The notes under the pieces were generated by a model. It worked only from the letters and a program-made list of their open reading frames with translations, did no database searches and was not told the DNA's origin. Below, in pieces: positions 44,029 through 53,539 of a stretch of DNA of 64,000 nucleotides. How positions within the stretch are numbered: the first letter of the stretch is position 1; each line of letters begins with the position of its first letter. The stretch covers positions 4,315 to 68,314 of the IMG/VR virus record IMGVR_UViG_3300022413_000008. The stretch is one strand, 5' to 3'. A program made the position numbers and the translations under genes. The stretch comes from a virus.

Positions 44029-45591
44029 CTACCGAGGGAATAGTTGCTTTACCAGCGTTTGGCTCCATGCCTCTGACCGAGCAGGAGCCTTCTCTGGGCT
44101 AGAGTCTACTTTGGGACCACTGGTAGCGCTGGGAGATGCATGTCTCTTTGCTTTGGACGCGGACGCATTGCCGTTCGCGCTTCCAGGCGGTGGTGACAAA
44201 ATTGCGTCCTCTGTCAGATCAATACCTTGCGCCTTAGCAAGCTTTATCAACTCCTTAGCCTTGTTTTTCGCCAGCGTTTGAGCCAATGTTACAGCTTCAT
44301 TCTTGATAGCTCCTATCATTTCCGGTTGGCCGATTGTCCAATACCGACTTAGGTGCGACGGATTTGACTTCGCTATTTGCGCGTATTGCTCTGTCGTTAG
44401 AAACTGTTTCCCATCTTTCAACTGCTTCGCGGTCGGCAATTTGGCGACAGCACTGTTCAATGCTAACTCGATGTCGGCCAGAACTTGGTGTACCGGGTCT
44501 TTGGGATTGAACTTTGTCGCACCGCTGTAAATCTCAACGACTGCACTCACGTGCTTTTCGAGCTCGCCAGCAACTTCTGCTGCCACTTGTTGCCGCAATG
44601 TTCCGTCAGCCAGCTTGGATCTCCCGGAAGGAGTTGATAGATCAACGTCACCTTCGATGGGGAAACCCTCCGTTAATCCCTTGAGCGCATCACGCGATTC
44701 CCGGGCTGCAGCCTCCCTAGCATCTCGCTGACGTAATTGCTGTTCGATTTGCGTCAGCTTAGCGGCCGCATCGGTATCTACTGGCTTTTGACTCAGCCCA
44801 TCGCGGGCCTCAGCATAATCATCGTCATCGTAAGCCACTTCAACAGATGCCAAAAAGGCCTCATGCTCCTCGTCACGCCAATTGAAAGCCTTATCCCGAT
44901 TCTCCTTCTTCCACTCCCTTTTGTAATCCTGCTTTTGGGTGAGCTCTTCCTCGAATTGCTTTGCAAGATCGGAGTATTCACTTGGCCATTTCTTCCCCAT
45001 CTCCTTGAGGATCTTGTAAGTGCGTTCCGCCTTGCGATTCCCCTCAATAATTGTCGGCACTGCGGCTTTAGCTGCGGAGTCTTCTACCTTAGCGGGAACC
45101 GAAGCTTGAGCGGCGGCAGTCGCAGCATCTGTAGCGATTCGAGTTACATCCGACAGGGTGATCTTAGGTTCGTCGCCGTCATCATCTGGACCCGCATCGG
45201 CTTTCTGATCTACTTCCGGGTCTGGCTCCTTGACTGGATCCTTCGGTTCCGGCTCTTGCGCATCCTTCTTCCCTTGATCGTTCGCATCGCCTTCCTTTCG
45301 GGAGCCGAAAAGCTTCTGCCTCAAGATCTCTGCCGGACTCGGGCCTTGCTTCTTGTCGTCATCGTCAGACTTGGCGGGCGGGCCTTGCTGCGTTCGGGGG
45401 GTGCGTTGTACCCCCATCTGATCTGTTGAGTCTTCCCCAAGAGGTCTTGTCTGGACTTGTTGTGTCTGTTCCTTGTTCGGCGATCTGGTTCCTTGCTGGA
45501 TTCGTTGCTGGCGAATCCGATCCAGCGTTGTCTCCGCTCCAGCCACGTTTCGGCCGCTTTCTTGAATGGTGTCCTGATTATCGTCGGGCAT
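44029..45591 (-). CDS. Capsid scaffolding protein
   Basis: Charged, low-complexity, coiled-coil 520 aa between portal and capsid. Confidence 0.7.
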   Translation of the reverse strand: MPDDNQDTIQESGRNVAGAETTLDRIRQQRIQQGTRSPNKEQTQQVQTRPLGEDSTDQMGVQRTPRTQQGPPAKSDDDDKKQGPSPAEILRQKLFGSRKEGDANDQGKKDAQEPEPKDPVKEPDPEVDQKADAGPDDDGDEPKITLSDVTRIATDAATAAAQASVPAKVEDSAAKAAVPTIIEGNRKAERTYKILKEMGKKWPSEYSDLAKQFEEELTQKQDYKREWKKENRDKAFNWRDEEHEAFLASVEVAYDDDDYAEARDGLSQKPVDTDAAAKLTQIEQQLRQRDAREAAARESRDALKGLTEGFPIEGDVDLSTPSGRSKLADGTLRQQVAAEVAGELEKHVSAVVEIYSGATKFNPKDPVHQVLADIELALNSAVAKLPTAKQLKDGKQFLTTEQYAQIAKSNPSHLSRYWTIGQPEMIGAIKNEAVTLAQTLAKNKAKELIKLAKAQGIDLTEDAILSPPPGSANGNASASKAKRHASPSATSGPKVDSSPEKAPARSEAWSQTLVKQLFPR

Positions 45592-45599
45592 ATCCTATC

Positions 45600-45896
45600 C
45601 TATTGGTTCTGTGACGACTCTAGGATTTCGCTACGAATCTGCAACAGTTTATTTTTCGTAACCTCATATTGAGCCGCGTTCTCGATGGCTGCATTCAAGC
45701 CCTGCATTTCCAACGCATTACCACATGGCATTTCGGTTGCGGCCTCAATTAAGAGATCGGCCACGATCTGGGCTTGAGTGTCCCTGTAGGAGACGAGCAG
45801 ATCTATGAGTCGTTCAAACGCTTCCGAGTGAGCGAGCTCTCTCAGTTTGCGGCGATCCGCTTGAGGGAATTGATCCCAAATTATTGCGTCCAGCAC
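45600..45896 (-). CDS. Hypothetical helical protein
   Basis: 98 aa between portal and scaffold, a common podovirus position. Confidence 0.65.
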   Translation of the reverse strand: MLDAIIWDQFPQADRRKLRELAHSEAFERLIDLLVSYRDTQAQIVADLLIEAATEMPCGNALEMQGLNAAIENAAQYEVTKNKLLQIRSEILESSQNQ

Positions 45897-48183
45897 TTCT
45901 TACCACCTGTTCTAATTGTTGTGAGATTTCGACCAATGCACTTTGCAGCTGAGGTATTGCTTCTGCCTGTGACGCGACAGCCTCCGCGACTGGAGTCACT
46001 GTCTCCTCGATTAGTTGGCCAGCATCCTGAGCCGCAGCTTCCCGGATCTGTGTTGCCAGTTCCGTTAATTGTGTCCTGAAATTTTCGCCAGTCTCTTCGC
46101 CGCCTTCGCCGCGTTCCAATTGTTGAACCCTGTCCACGTTGGCAACCCTCAGTTGGAAATCGCGTGGCAATCCCGCTATTCTGATGATGAGATTAGTCAG
46201 ATCAATCGCTTGCTCAGCACCGACAGCGGCCGCCGTAATTGGGTTGCTCATCAGATTGATCAAGACCTGACTCATTGAGATCGCGATCTCCGCATTGGAC
46301 GATCGATCGTCAGCATCCCGGGTCGAAGCAAACCCTTCAACCAATAGTGCATCCTTCTTCCCAAAGACTTCGGCTTTGTCGGAATCATTCTGGGACGGTC
46401 GAGTAACCTGGAAGCCGGCTTCCTGCAGCGCCTCGGCTGTCACCGGATGCACGGTGGCAATCTGCGAATAAATCTCCTCCTCACCGTATGCCATCAAGGC
46501 CGCATAAAGCTGACGCTTCCACGCAGCTATCCCGTCATCGGTAAAACCAGCTGTCAGAGCTACACGGTTTGACACGTTGTTCCCAATCGTTCGCACCTCC
46601 TCGGCCGTTTGCTCATGAGCTGCCACTGCCCCAACCTCCTGAGCTGAGAAGACAAGGACACGCTCAACCATATCCAGGAGGGTTCGAAAGGCCCCGAGGA
46701 GAGAGACTGTGTCGAACATCGGAAACTTCACGGTATGAAAGGCCTCTCGAACATCCTGTTGCGCCATCCGGTGCTTGCGGCCGGAAAAAGGGATAAATGG
46801 AATGGATCGATACCATTTTTCCCCTAAGTTCCTAAGCTCGTCAAGGTGCTCCTGAGCAACCAGATCCGAATTCACAAACACAGCCTGAGCAAGATTCTTT
46901 TTCGCGGCCAAAATGTGCTGACTCAGAAGGTTGGACATGTGATCTTGGAACGGGAGCAATTCGAGCGATAGGCTCGCAACGTTCTTCCTCTCCTCGTGAG
47001 CATCATACCCCATGTAAATTGCTGGCGTGTAGAGGATCGGTGCCACATAGACCGGAGTATCATCGTTCGCCAAAACGAATCTCATCCAAATGGGCGCATC
47101 ATAGGTACCGAGGCCCCATTTGCTCGGGGTCAGTTTCATGTAATGCTCCGTCAAGACTACGCCTTGATCCCTGTCCTCTGTAGTCGAGAACCCGATCCGA
47201 GTCTCTCGATCCTTTGGTCCAGCGCCGCTACGAGCTGCGATTCCCTCTTCGCAAGTCGGCAACTGAATCGTGCAGGGACACAGTTGCCTGATAAGGATGT
47301 CGCCTTTCGGCAGAATGTCTCCCGTGTTACGAGAAATCATGTCCTTATTGAAGAACGCTTCATTGTCGTCAATCTCCGAGAACCGGACGACCCTCCAGTA
47401 TCCTAAGAATTCAACCCCGCTGTCCGTATTGATAGTCCCTAGCCGATACCTGTCATCCCAAAACGTTCTCGACGGATGCGGAATGTTGTAACGAAGCCCT
47501 TCCTTGATAAGCCTATCCTCTGGCTCGTCCCCATCACCAATCTCTTTGACATTTTGTGTGAACCATTCCTCGGCCGGAAACGCAAGCATCGTTCCGTAAT
47601 GGAGCTGATGGAAGATCATCTGACGAAGCGTTTCACGGTATCCTAGCTGATCCGACATGAACCGTATCCGGTCGGTAATAATCTCGGTGCGAATCCGATC
47701 GCGACGAGTCGACTTCGCTGGCTCGTACTTGAGTAATGGGTGAAGGTCCCGGTCATTGAACAGTTTGCTCCACCGAATATTCAGATAGGCACGCACCAGG
47801 GGAATTATGATTTCGTTGAAGGTAGGCAAATCAAGCTCGGCCTCTGCTTTCTCCTCTCCCTTGCGTGAGGTCAAGTTGGTGGTCGGTCCCCTTTCTTGCA
47901 ATATCTGGAGGGCTTCCTTACTCTTGTTCGCCGCCAAACTCCGAAGCGCCCCATGCATTAACGTAGGAGTCACCTGGTGATCAGGCGCGTCATACGCCAA
48001 GTCGAGCGCCCAATGATGCCTCCAGTTGCCAAGGTTTTCCTGCCGGCCATCTCGGCTTCGAGAGCACAACATATCGACAAGCTTCTTGATATCTCCCGAA
48101 AATAATTTCTTCCTCGCATCGAACTTCAGCCGGAGCTGTTCCGGTAGAAGCCCGAATTTTTCAAGCTGGCTAAACGTAATCAT
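45814..48183 (-). CDS. Portal protein
   Basis: 789 aa; first large gene of the head module; helical; AAHEQTAEEV segment and coiled-coil C-terminus. Confidence 0.75.
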   Translation of the reverse strand: MITFSQLEKFGLLPEQLRLKFDARKKLFSGDIKKLVDMLCSRSRDGRQENLGNWRHHWALDLAYDAPDHQVTPTLMHGALRSLAANKSKEALQILQERGPTTNLTSRKGEEKAEAELDLPTFNEIIIPLVRAYLNIRWSKLFNDRDLHPLLKYEPAKSTRRDRIRTEIITDRIRFMSDQLGYRETLRQMIFHQLHYGTMLAFPAEEWFTQNVKEIGDGDEPEDRLIKEGLRYNIPHPSRTFWDDRYRLGTINTDSGVEFLGYWRVVRFSEIDDNEAFFNKDMISRNTGDILPKGDILIRQLCPCTIQLPTCEEGIAARSGAGPKDRETRIGFSTTEDRDQGVVLTEHYMKLTPSKWGLGTYDAPIWMRFVLANDDTPVYVAPILYTPAIYMGYDAHEERKNVASLSLELLPFQDHMSNLLSQHILAAKKNLAQAVFVNSDLVAQEHLDELRNLGEKWYRSIPFIPFSGRKHRMAQQDVREAFHTVKFPMFDTVSLLGAFRTLLDMVERVLVFSAQEVGAVAAHEQTAEEVRTIGNNVSNRVALTAGFTDDGIAAWKRQLYAALMAYGEEEIYSQIATVHPVTAEALQEAGFQVTRPSQNDSDKAEVFGKKDALLVEGFASTRDADDRSSNAEIAISMSQVLINLMSNPITAAAVGAEQAIDLTNLIIRIAGLPRDFQLRVANVDRVQQLERGEGGEETGENFRTQLTELATQIREAAAQDAGQLIEETVTPVAEAVASQAEAIPQLQSALVEISQQLEQVVRSAGRNNLGSIPSSGSPQTERARSLGSV

Positions 48184-48467
48184 ACTATTTGAGCGCTCTT
48201 GCTCGTAATCTTGTTAAGTGCCCTTTGCACGTTGATGTCAGCGGGGGAAGAAAGAACCACTCTCAGAACCACCCTAGGAGTCATCTCAATATCGTAGGCC
48301 TCCACTGTAGGAGCTCGTTGATCAATCACCCTCTGAAACGATTTTGGAGTAGCTTGCTCCAGTTGTAAATTTCTTGCCGTAATGGCCAAGTTGACCGACC
48401 CGTCTGCATTCGTGCTCAGGAGAATCTTCAAGTCCTCCTGGCTCAAACTATTGTCCCGTCGCGCCAT
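48180..48467 (-). CDS. Hypothetical protein
   Basis: MARRDNSLSQEDL...; coupled to the portal gene. Confidence 0.65.
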   Translation of the reverse strand: MARRDNSLSQEDLKILLSTNADGSVNLAITARNLQLEQATPKSFQRVIDQRAPTVEAYDIEMTPRVVLRVVLSSPADINVQRALNKITSKSAQIV

Positions 48468-48517
48468 GTGATCAATATCCTCTTGAGGAAGGTTCGTGGC
48501 AAGGGGATAATGGGTAC
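48468..48517. promoter_or_regulatory. Overlapping divergent sigma70-like promoters
   Basis: +: TTGAGG-17-GATAAT-6-ATG(48518); -: TTGCCA-17-GATATT-6-ATG(48467). Confidence 0.55.
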
Positions 48518-50053
48518 ATGCCAAAGGACGCAAATGGTGTGTGGTATCCGGATCTCTGCGGGAAACAACTCGAAGTCTTCAACTGCACGTCTCGATACAC
48601 ACTCGTAGATGGACCAAAGAAGAGCGGGAAATCCATCGCCAATCTCCACCGTGTGGCCAGACACCTGTGGGAAATCCCCGGGCGTATCGGGGTCTTTACC
48701 AAGACGTTGAGGAACGCAAAGTCGGGTGGAGTTTGGAACGACCTGGTCGACATTATCCTGCCTGAATGGTTCGAAGCGGACATCGGGATGGAGTTTACAA
48801 CTCGCAAAGCCGATGGAACCTATGGCCCCAAACAGGACGCAAACACTCGGATGCAGTATTTCAAAGTCCGAAATGCTCACGGTACCGAATCCGAAGTCCA
48901 GCTCCATTCCATCGACAACGAACGTGAAGTCGAATCCATTGCCAAAGGCACGCGATTCAGCATGTTCTACTTCGCCGAACTTTCAAATTTCAAAGATCGC
49001 CTCGTATTCGACATCACGTCTGACCAGCTCAGGATGCAGAACATTGCATTCGAAGATCACATGTGGCTGGCGGATACTAACCCTTCCGACGATGGGCCAG
49101 ACTCGTGGATCTACAAGCTCTGGTACGACTTGCTCGAGATGGAGGACTGTCCGCAACCGACACTTCAAAAACACCTGCGACGGATCCAGATCATGATCGA
49201 AGACAATCCGTTCCTGTCTCCAGACGAGGTCGCAGACCTCAAGGAACGCTTCGCCCATGACCCTGACCTAGAAGCCAGATACATCCACGGCAGATGGGTG
49301 CATGCAGTGAAGGGAGCCATCTTTCAAGACCAATTCCGGCCAGCTGTACACGTGCTTGGAGACATTGATCCTCTAGATGAGAAAGAATGGGAGATCTTGC
49401 TGCCTTCGAATCATTGCTCTCAACTACTCTCAGGATGGGATTTGGGGGATCGGTTTCATTCCTCGCACATTGCGGAGAAAGTCACAACCGCTAAGGGGCA
49501 AACCTTCCTGGTGCTGGACGAACATTGCATGCTCGACCCAGAGAAACGCGTTTCGTTACGTGACTTCACTGAGGAGTTTATCTCTCTCTACGAGCTATGG
49601 GAAAAGCGGGCTCTCAATGAACGCGTCGGGCCAGACGGGAAACCTCTAACCTCTTTGCCATGGACTCACTGGGCGGACTCTCAAGCAATTACCTCCTACC
49701 GGGCCGGCGCTGATAATTACGATGCGAATTTGGTCTATCAATTTTCTGAAGGCCGCATCGCATTCAACGCTGCACCCAAATTCCCGGGGTCGATTCAGGC
49801 ACGGATACGCCTTGTGAAAAACCTTCTGTTTGAGCAGCGCTTATTCATCTCTGCCAAGTGCATCCACACCATTCAAATGTTCAAGTCCCTCAAGGCAGGA
49901 AAGGGCGCCAAAGCGATAGCACCATCCAAACACAGGCATGTATTCGATAGCCTTTCTTACCTGGTCGGATCCGAGGAACCGTGGGGATTGCTGGAGGACG
50001 TTGAAGGAGCTGCTCGCGCAAACAAAGAGCCGGCCATAGTCATGATGACATAG
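48518..50053 (+). CDS. terL: Terminase large subunit
   Basis: Walker A GPKKSGKS, Walker B-like FYFAE, TNP coupling motif, RNase H-like GWDLG and HVFDSLSY. Confidence 0.9.
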   Translation: MPKDANGVWYPDLCGKQLEVFNCTSRYTLVDGPKKSGKSIANLHRVARHLWEIPGRIGVFTKTLRNAKSGGVWNDLVDIILPEWFEADIGMEFTTRKADGTYGPKQDANTRMQYFKVRNAHGTESEVQLHSIDNEREVESIAKGTRFSMFYFAELSNFKDRLVFDITSDQLRMQNIAFEDHMWLADTNPSDDGPDSWIYKLWYDLLEMEDCPQPTLQKHLRRIQIMIEDNPFLSPDEVADLKERFAHDPDLEARYIHGRWVHAVKGAIFQDQFRPAVHVLGDIDPLDEKEWEILLPSNHCSQLLSGWDLGDRFHSSHIAEKVTTAKGQTFLVLDEHCMLDPEKRVSLRDFTEEFISLYELWEKRALNERVGPDGKPLTSLPWTHWADSQAITSYRAGADNYDANLVYQFSEGRIAFNAAPKFPGSIQARIRLVKNLLFEQRLFISAKCIHTIQMFKSLKAGKGAKAIAPSKHRHVFDSLSYLVGSEEPWGLLEDVEGAARANKEPAIVMMT

Positions 50054-50143
50054 CCGGCCCATTCTCCTCTTAGAGCTAACCTTAACTCCTCCTCGGTATC
50101 CCGCTCGGTGGGAAGCCTCCCGGCTACTTAGCCGAAGGAGAAA

Positions 50144-50350
50144 TCATGTGGGCTTGTGCCCATTATCTTGGGCTTTGTCCATAGACCTGCTTTGGGTGTA
50201 GAGGGCAAGCACCGCAACAACTAGCGTGGTGAAAACCGATGAGTCCAGCTTTTCAACCCAAGTCAAATGCCACGCCGAACCAACGACAGACAGGGAAATG
50301 AAGAAGCGGGTCCACTTCAGGGTCAGCGCAGGTTTGATAGGATCAATCAC
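50144..50350 (-). CDS. Small two-TM protein (holin-like)
   Basis: FFISLSVVGSAW and VFTTLVVAVLALY; GTGA overlap. Confidence 0.55.
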   Translation of the reverse strand: MIDPIKPALTLKWTRFFISLSVVGSAWHLTWVEKLDSSVFTTLVVAVLALYTQSRSMDKAQDNGHKPT

Positions 50351-50541
50351 TGCGTTCCGGCCTTTTTTGCCCGCGCCTCCGCAAGGTAATCGTCGTAACC
50401 CGTTTTGGCGGTCTTGAACCAATCGTCCATTTGTGTGTCCGTCACGTTGTCTGACCGGAAAAGGGTAAACATTTTTTGCGCCGCAGGCAGGCCAAACTTG
50501 AGAGCGAGCTGCGCAATGGTCATGATCATTTGTGGGGTCAT
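50347..50541 (-). CDS. Hypothetical protein
   Basis: 64 aa, coupled. Confidence 0.65.
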   Translation of the reverse strand: MTPQMIMTIAQLALKFGLPAAQKMFTLFRSDNVTDTQMDDWFKTAKTGYDDYLAEARAKKAGTQ

Positions 50542-50951
50542 AATACTGTGATGATCGTGTTAATGATAGCGAGAATTGCACCTGAAGATTCAGAAAGGGT
50601 TAACAGAGCTCGATCGAGTGAATCCTTGTCTCCACCCCCAGAGTCACGCGCCGTCTTGTAGATGAGCCACGATGCCTCGGCTGCTTGCATTGCTGACTGA
50701 TAGTCCGTATAGGCCGACTTGACATTTACCTCGGAAGCATGGAGCTCTGAAAGGAGCTCGGCCGACTTCATAAAGTCACCCTCAGACGCAAGTCTGTCCA
50801 CCTCCGCTTCCACCGAGACGTAATACTCCGCCCAGGCCTGCATGGCCGTATCGACCGTTTCGACTGTCGCACCGATTGTTTTCTTCGCGCTCTGCTCGAA
50901 CGTCGCACAGCCACCAAGGCTAGCTACGACCAATATCCATAAGAATCTCAT
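50538..50951 (-). CDS. Putative lipoprotein
   Basis: MRFLWILVVASLGGC lipobox followed by a helical body. Confidence 0.7.
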   Translation of the reverse strand: MRFLWILVVASLGGCATFEQSAKKTIGATVETVDTAMQAWAEYYVSVEAEVDRLASEGDFMKSAELLSELHASEVNVKSAYTDYQSAMQAAEASWLIYKTARDSGGGDKDSLDRALLTLSESSGAILAIINTIITVL

Positions 50952-50958
50952 GACAACC

Positions 50959-51498
50959 TTAGCAGATGCAGTAACGGCCGACCTGTACCAATCCAACGGC
51001 AACTTGGAGTGCCCCCTGCCCTGGCGCACGAAACCCAACGGAGATCTTCTCTCCGATGTCGGCAGGCTTTACCAAATAATGTTCGGCGACAGGCGCAAAA
51101 TTGCCGCTGCCCTGCGCGATTGGGTGGACAGTAGTCTGGCAAACGATGTCGTCCACATAGAAGTCGATCAGGATCTTGCTGGCTCCAAAGCCATCCTTGC
51201 GGCTGCCAACAGACAGCGTAGCAAGGTAGAGGTCCGTGTCTGCTGGGATCGTTTCGAGCTCTTGTTTCAACCCGTCCGTTTGCCCTGCGTAAGCAACATT
51301 CGGAGGGGTCGGGACTTGCCCTGAGTTGAAATAGATGGGGTTCGATGGGTTCCAGATGCCGCACGTAAACGAGAATGCAAGCTTCCACAAGGTGTCCGCC
51401 TCGAATTCAGCTTGGCTCGGGGAGTTGCCAGTTCGGAAACCATTGGGCGGCAACGTGATGTTATTGAAGTTAGCGTTTAGAACCGTTACATTGTCCAT
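50959..51498 (-). CDS. Hypothetical protein
   Basis: 179 aa; preceded by TTGACA-16-TACTTT on the - strand. Confidence 0.7.
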   Translation of the reverse strand: MDNVTVLNANFNNITLPPNGFRTGNSPSQAEFEADTLWKLAFSFTCGIWNPSNPIYFNSGQVPTPPNVAYAGQTDGLKQELETIPADTDLYLATLSVGSRKDGFGASKILIDFYVDDIVCQTTVHPIAQGSGNFAPVAEHYLVKPADIGEKISVGFRAPGQGALQVAVGLVQVGRYCIC

Positions 51499-51535
51499 AT
51501 TCGTTCAAAGTAGGTGTGTTCGTATTTCTGTCAAG

Positions 51536-52372
51536 CTAGAATGCTCCGTAAAAGCTATTCGTATCCGCCAGTCGTGCCGCTTCATCTGCCGCATCAATTG
51601 TGTCGATAACCTGGCATTCAGTGAAACGTCCGATTGATCCGGCTCCTAACAAATAGTTGGCACCTATCGTCACCCCAGCCAGACCATTGGTTCCAGGGTT
51701 TCCACCCGTCACCTTCGCGTTGTCATCAACACGCAAAAATGAGCTAGCCCCATCAAATCCCGCCGAAATGATCGATGATGCACCGATCGACATATCAGTA
51801 TTGGCATTGGCTGACGCGCCTGCGTATTGATCGATGCGCGGGGAAACGCCTTGCGTCCAGATTAGCTGCCGATTCGTAGCGTCACGCCCATCAAGAATTC
51901 CTCTTGCCACTACCCATGTCGTATGTTCCCACACTAGCCACAGGGTATTGGGTTGGGCCAATGTGCCAGGAACGAACGCTGTTGATTGAAGCGCTTTAGT
52001 ACCCCCAAAAGAGCATGCCGGGTGACCCTCTGCGTTCGTGACTAAGACTCCTCCAGATACAATCAGTGGCTGCAACCCAGCAACCGACTGTTCGAGATTG
52101 GCAGAGGACACAATCTGCCCGATAACCGTCACGACAAAGCCATCGTCAGTCGGGCCAGTCCCGACAAACGACAGGAGGTTGGCAGTGTCGAGTCTGCCGT
52201 TAAGCTGTGGAATATCCTGCTCCGCGTTATCAGAACTCCGCCGAACTCGGATCAGTGGACCTAGCGACAGTGGATTAAGCCGTCGCGCCACCGACCAAAG
52301 AGCGTAAGCATTCTCTGAATAATCAAAGGAATCTTGAGAATGCGCCCCTCCTCTTCGAATAATCCTTCTCAC
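51536..52372 (-). CDS. Concanavalin/LamG-like lectin-fold virion protein (paralog 2)
   Basis: WSVARRL..LGPLIRVRRSSDNAEQDI motif. Confidence 0.7.
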   Translation of the reverse strand: MRRIIRRGGAHSQDSFDYSENAYALWSVARRLNPLSLGPLIRVRRSSDNAEQDIPQLNGRLDTANLLSFVGTGPTDDGFVVTVIGQIVSSANLEQSVAGLQPLIVSGGVLVTNAEGHPACSFGGTKALQSTAFVPGTLAQPNTLWLVWEHTTWVVARGILDGRDATNRQLIWTQGVSPRIDQYAGASANANTDMSIGASSIISAGFDGASSFLRVDDNAKVTGGNPGTNGLAGVTIGANYLLGAGSIGRFTECQVIDTIDAADEAARLADTNSFYGAF

Positions 52373-52698
52373 ACAGCAGTGTCAATGTAGTTCCATGGAG
52401 GTACCGCTACTCGAGCCGCAGCCTCCGGCAGCATCGTGCCGGCAAAAACAAAATCCGGTATCCCAGGAGGTTTAGGCGGCCCTGCAGCCCATGCTGCTTC
52501 GACCGCCGCAAAGTCCGGAATGAATAAGCCACCGGGATTCGGGGAAGCTCCTCTCGTTGCTGGTTGGTATTTTCTCCGTGTAATTGTATCTGGATCCGCA
52601 ATCGTTGCGGGAGTTTGAAGCTCCTGCATGAGCTGTTCCGATAACGCCTCAGCTGTCCCTGGAGGCCCTGGAGTAGGTAATACTGATCCTGATGGCAT
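52369..52698 (-). CDS. Pro-rich hypothetical protein
   Basis: 109 aa between the paralogs. Confidence 0.65.
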   Translation of the reverse strand: MPSGSVLPTPGPPGTAEALSEQLMQELQTPATIADPDTITRRKYQPATRGASPNPGGLFIPDFAAVEAAWAAGPPKPPGIPDFVFAGTMLPEAAARVAVPPWNYIDTAV

Positions 52699-52699
52699 A

Positions 52700-53536
52700 T
52701 TAAAAGAGTCCGTAGAATGAGTTGATGTTGTCCAACCTTCCGGTTTCGTCTGGCGTGCTCACCGCGTTGATAACGTAGGCCTCGTGGAATTTCTGGATCG
52801 TGCCGGCGCCCCCAATCGCGTTCGCAGCTACCGTCAGTCCGTCAATTCCAGCGGCCCCTGGATTCCCCCCAGTCACTTTCGAATTGTTGTTGACGGCAGT
52901 AAAGGAGCTCGCCCCGTCAAATCCGAAATAAACCGCAGAAGCGTTGCCGATCACGAGATCCGTGTTCGCATTGACTGACGCGCCCGCAAACTGGTCCATT
53001 CTCGGGGTCACGCCTGCCGTGATGATTGCGTTCCTATTTGTGAGATCATTTCCGTCCATGATCCCACGACTGATCACCCAGGTATCAAGCTGCCCAACCC
53101 ACCACAAAGTATTTGGTTGCGCTAAAAGCCCTGTGAAATCCACCGTCTGGAGATACTCGGTCCCTTGGAATCCCGCTGCTGGCTTCCCTGTTGATCCTAC
53201 TGTCAACACCCCATTGTTAACGATCCCGGGCTGCAGCACCATGCTCGCCTGAACCAAGTCTGGCTGGAATGGGTTCTGGGAATAAATGGTCGTGATGAAC
53301 CCATCGTCTAAAGGCCCAGTACCAACAAATGATAGCACCGCAGCCGAATCCATTGCTCCACCACCAGTGAACCCGATGTCCTGCTCGTTGTTATCCGAAT
53401 TACGCCGAACTCGGATGCAGGACCCCACGTAGGCCGGATTCAGCTTCCGAGCGACCGAATACATTCCGATCGCACTCGCCGTCAGATCGAAGACGTTTCC
53501 AGAATGAATGCCCCCACGTCGGATAATGCGCCTCAT
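52700..53536 (-). CDS. Concanavalin/LamG-like lectin-fold virion protein (paralog 1)
   Basis: YSVARKL..YVGSCIRVRRNSDNNEQDIGF; same 278-aa length as paralog 2. Confidence 0.7.
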   Translation of the reverse strand: MRRIIRRGGIHSGNVFDLTASAIGMYSVARKLNPAYVGSCIRVRRNSDNNEQDIGFTGGGAMDSAAVLSFVGTGPLDDGFITTIYSQNPFQPDLVQASMVLQPGIVNNGVLTVGSTGKPAAGFQGTEYLQTVDFTGLLAQPNTLWWVGQLDTWVISRGIMDGNDLTNRNAIITAGVTPRMDQFAGASVNANTDLVIGNASAVYFGFDGASSFTAVNNNSKVTGGNPGAAGIDGLTVAANAIGGAGTIQKFHEAYVINAVSTPDETGRLDNINSFYGLF

Positions 53537-53539
53537 GGC

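Noticed and set aside
50051-50143. Structured element between convergent terL and holin-like genes
   Set aside because: Only short stems (cggct-actt-agccg; tagccgg/ccggcta) without a U-tract; most simply a weak bidirectional terminator.
51536-53536. Diversity-generating retroelement TR/VR pair
   Set aside because: No reverse transcriptase in the window; both copies are full genes with widespread synonymous, non-adenine-specific differences.
53510-53536. Twin-arginine (Tat) signal in MRRIIRRGG
   Set aside because: No hydrophobic h-region or cleavage motif follows.
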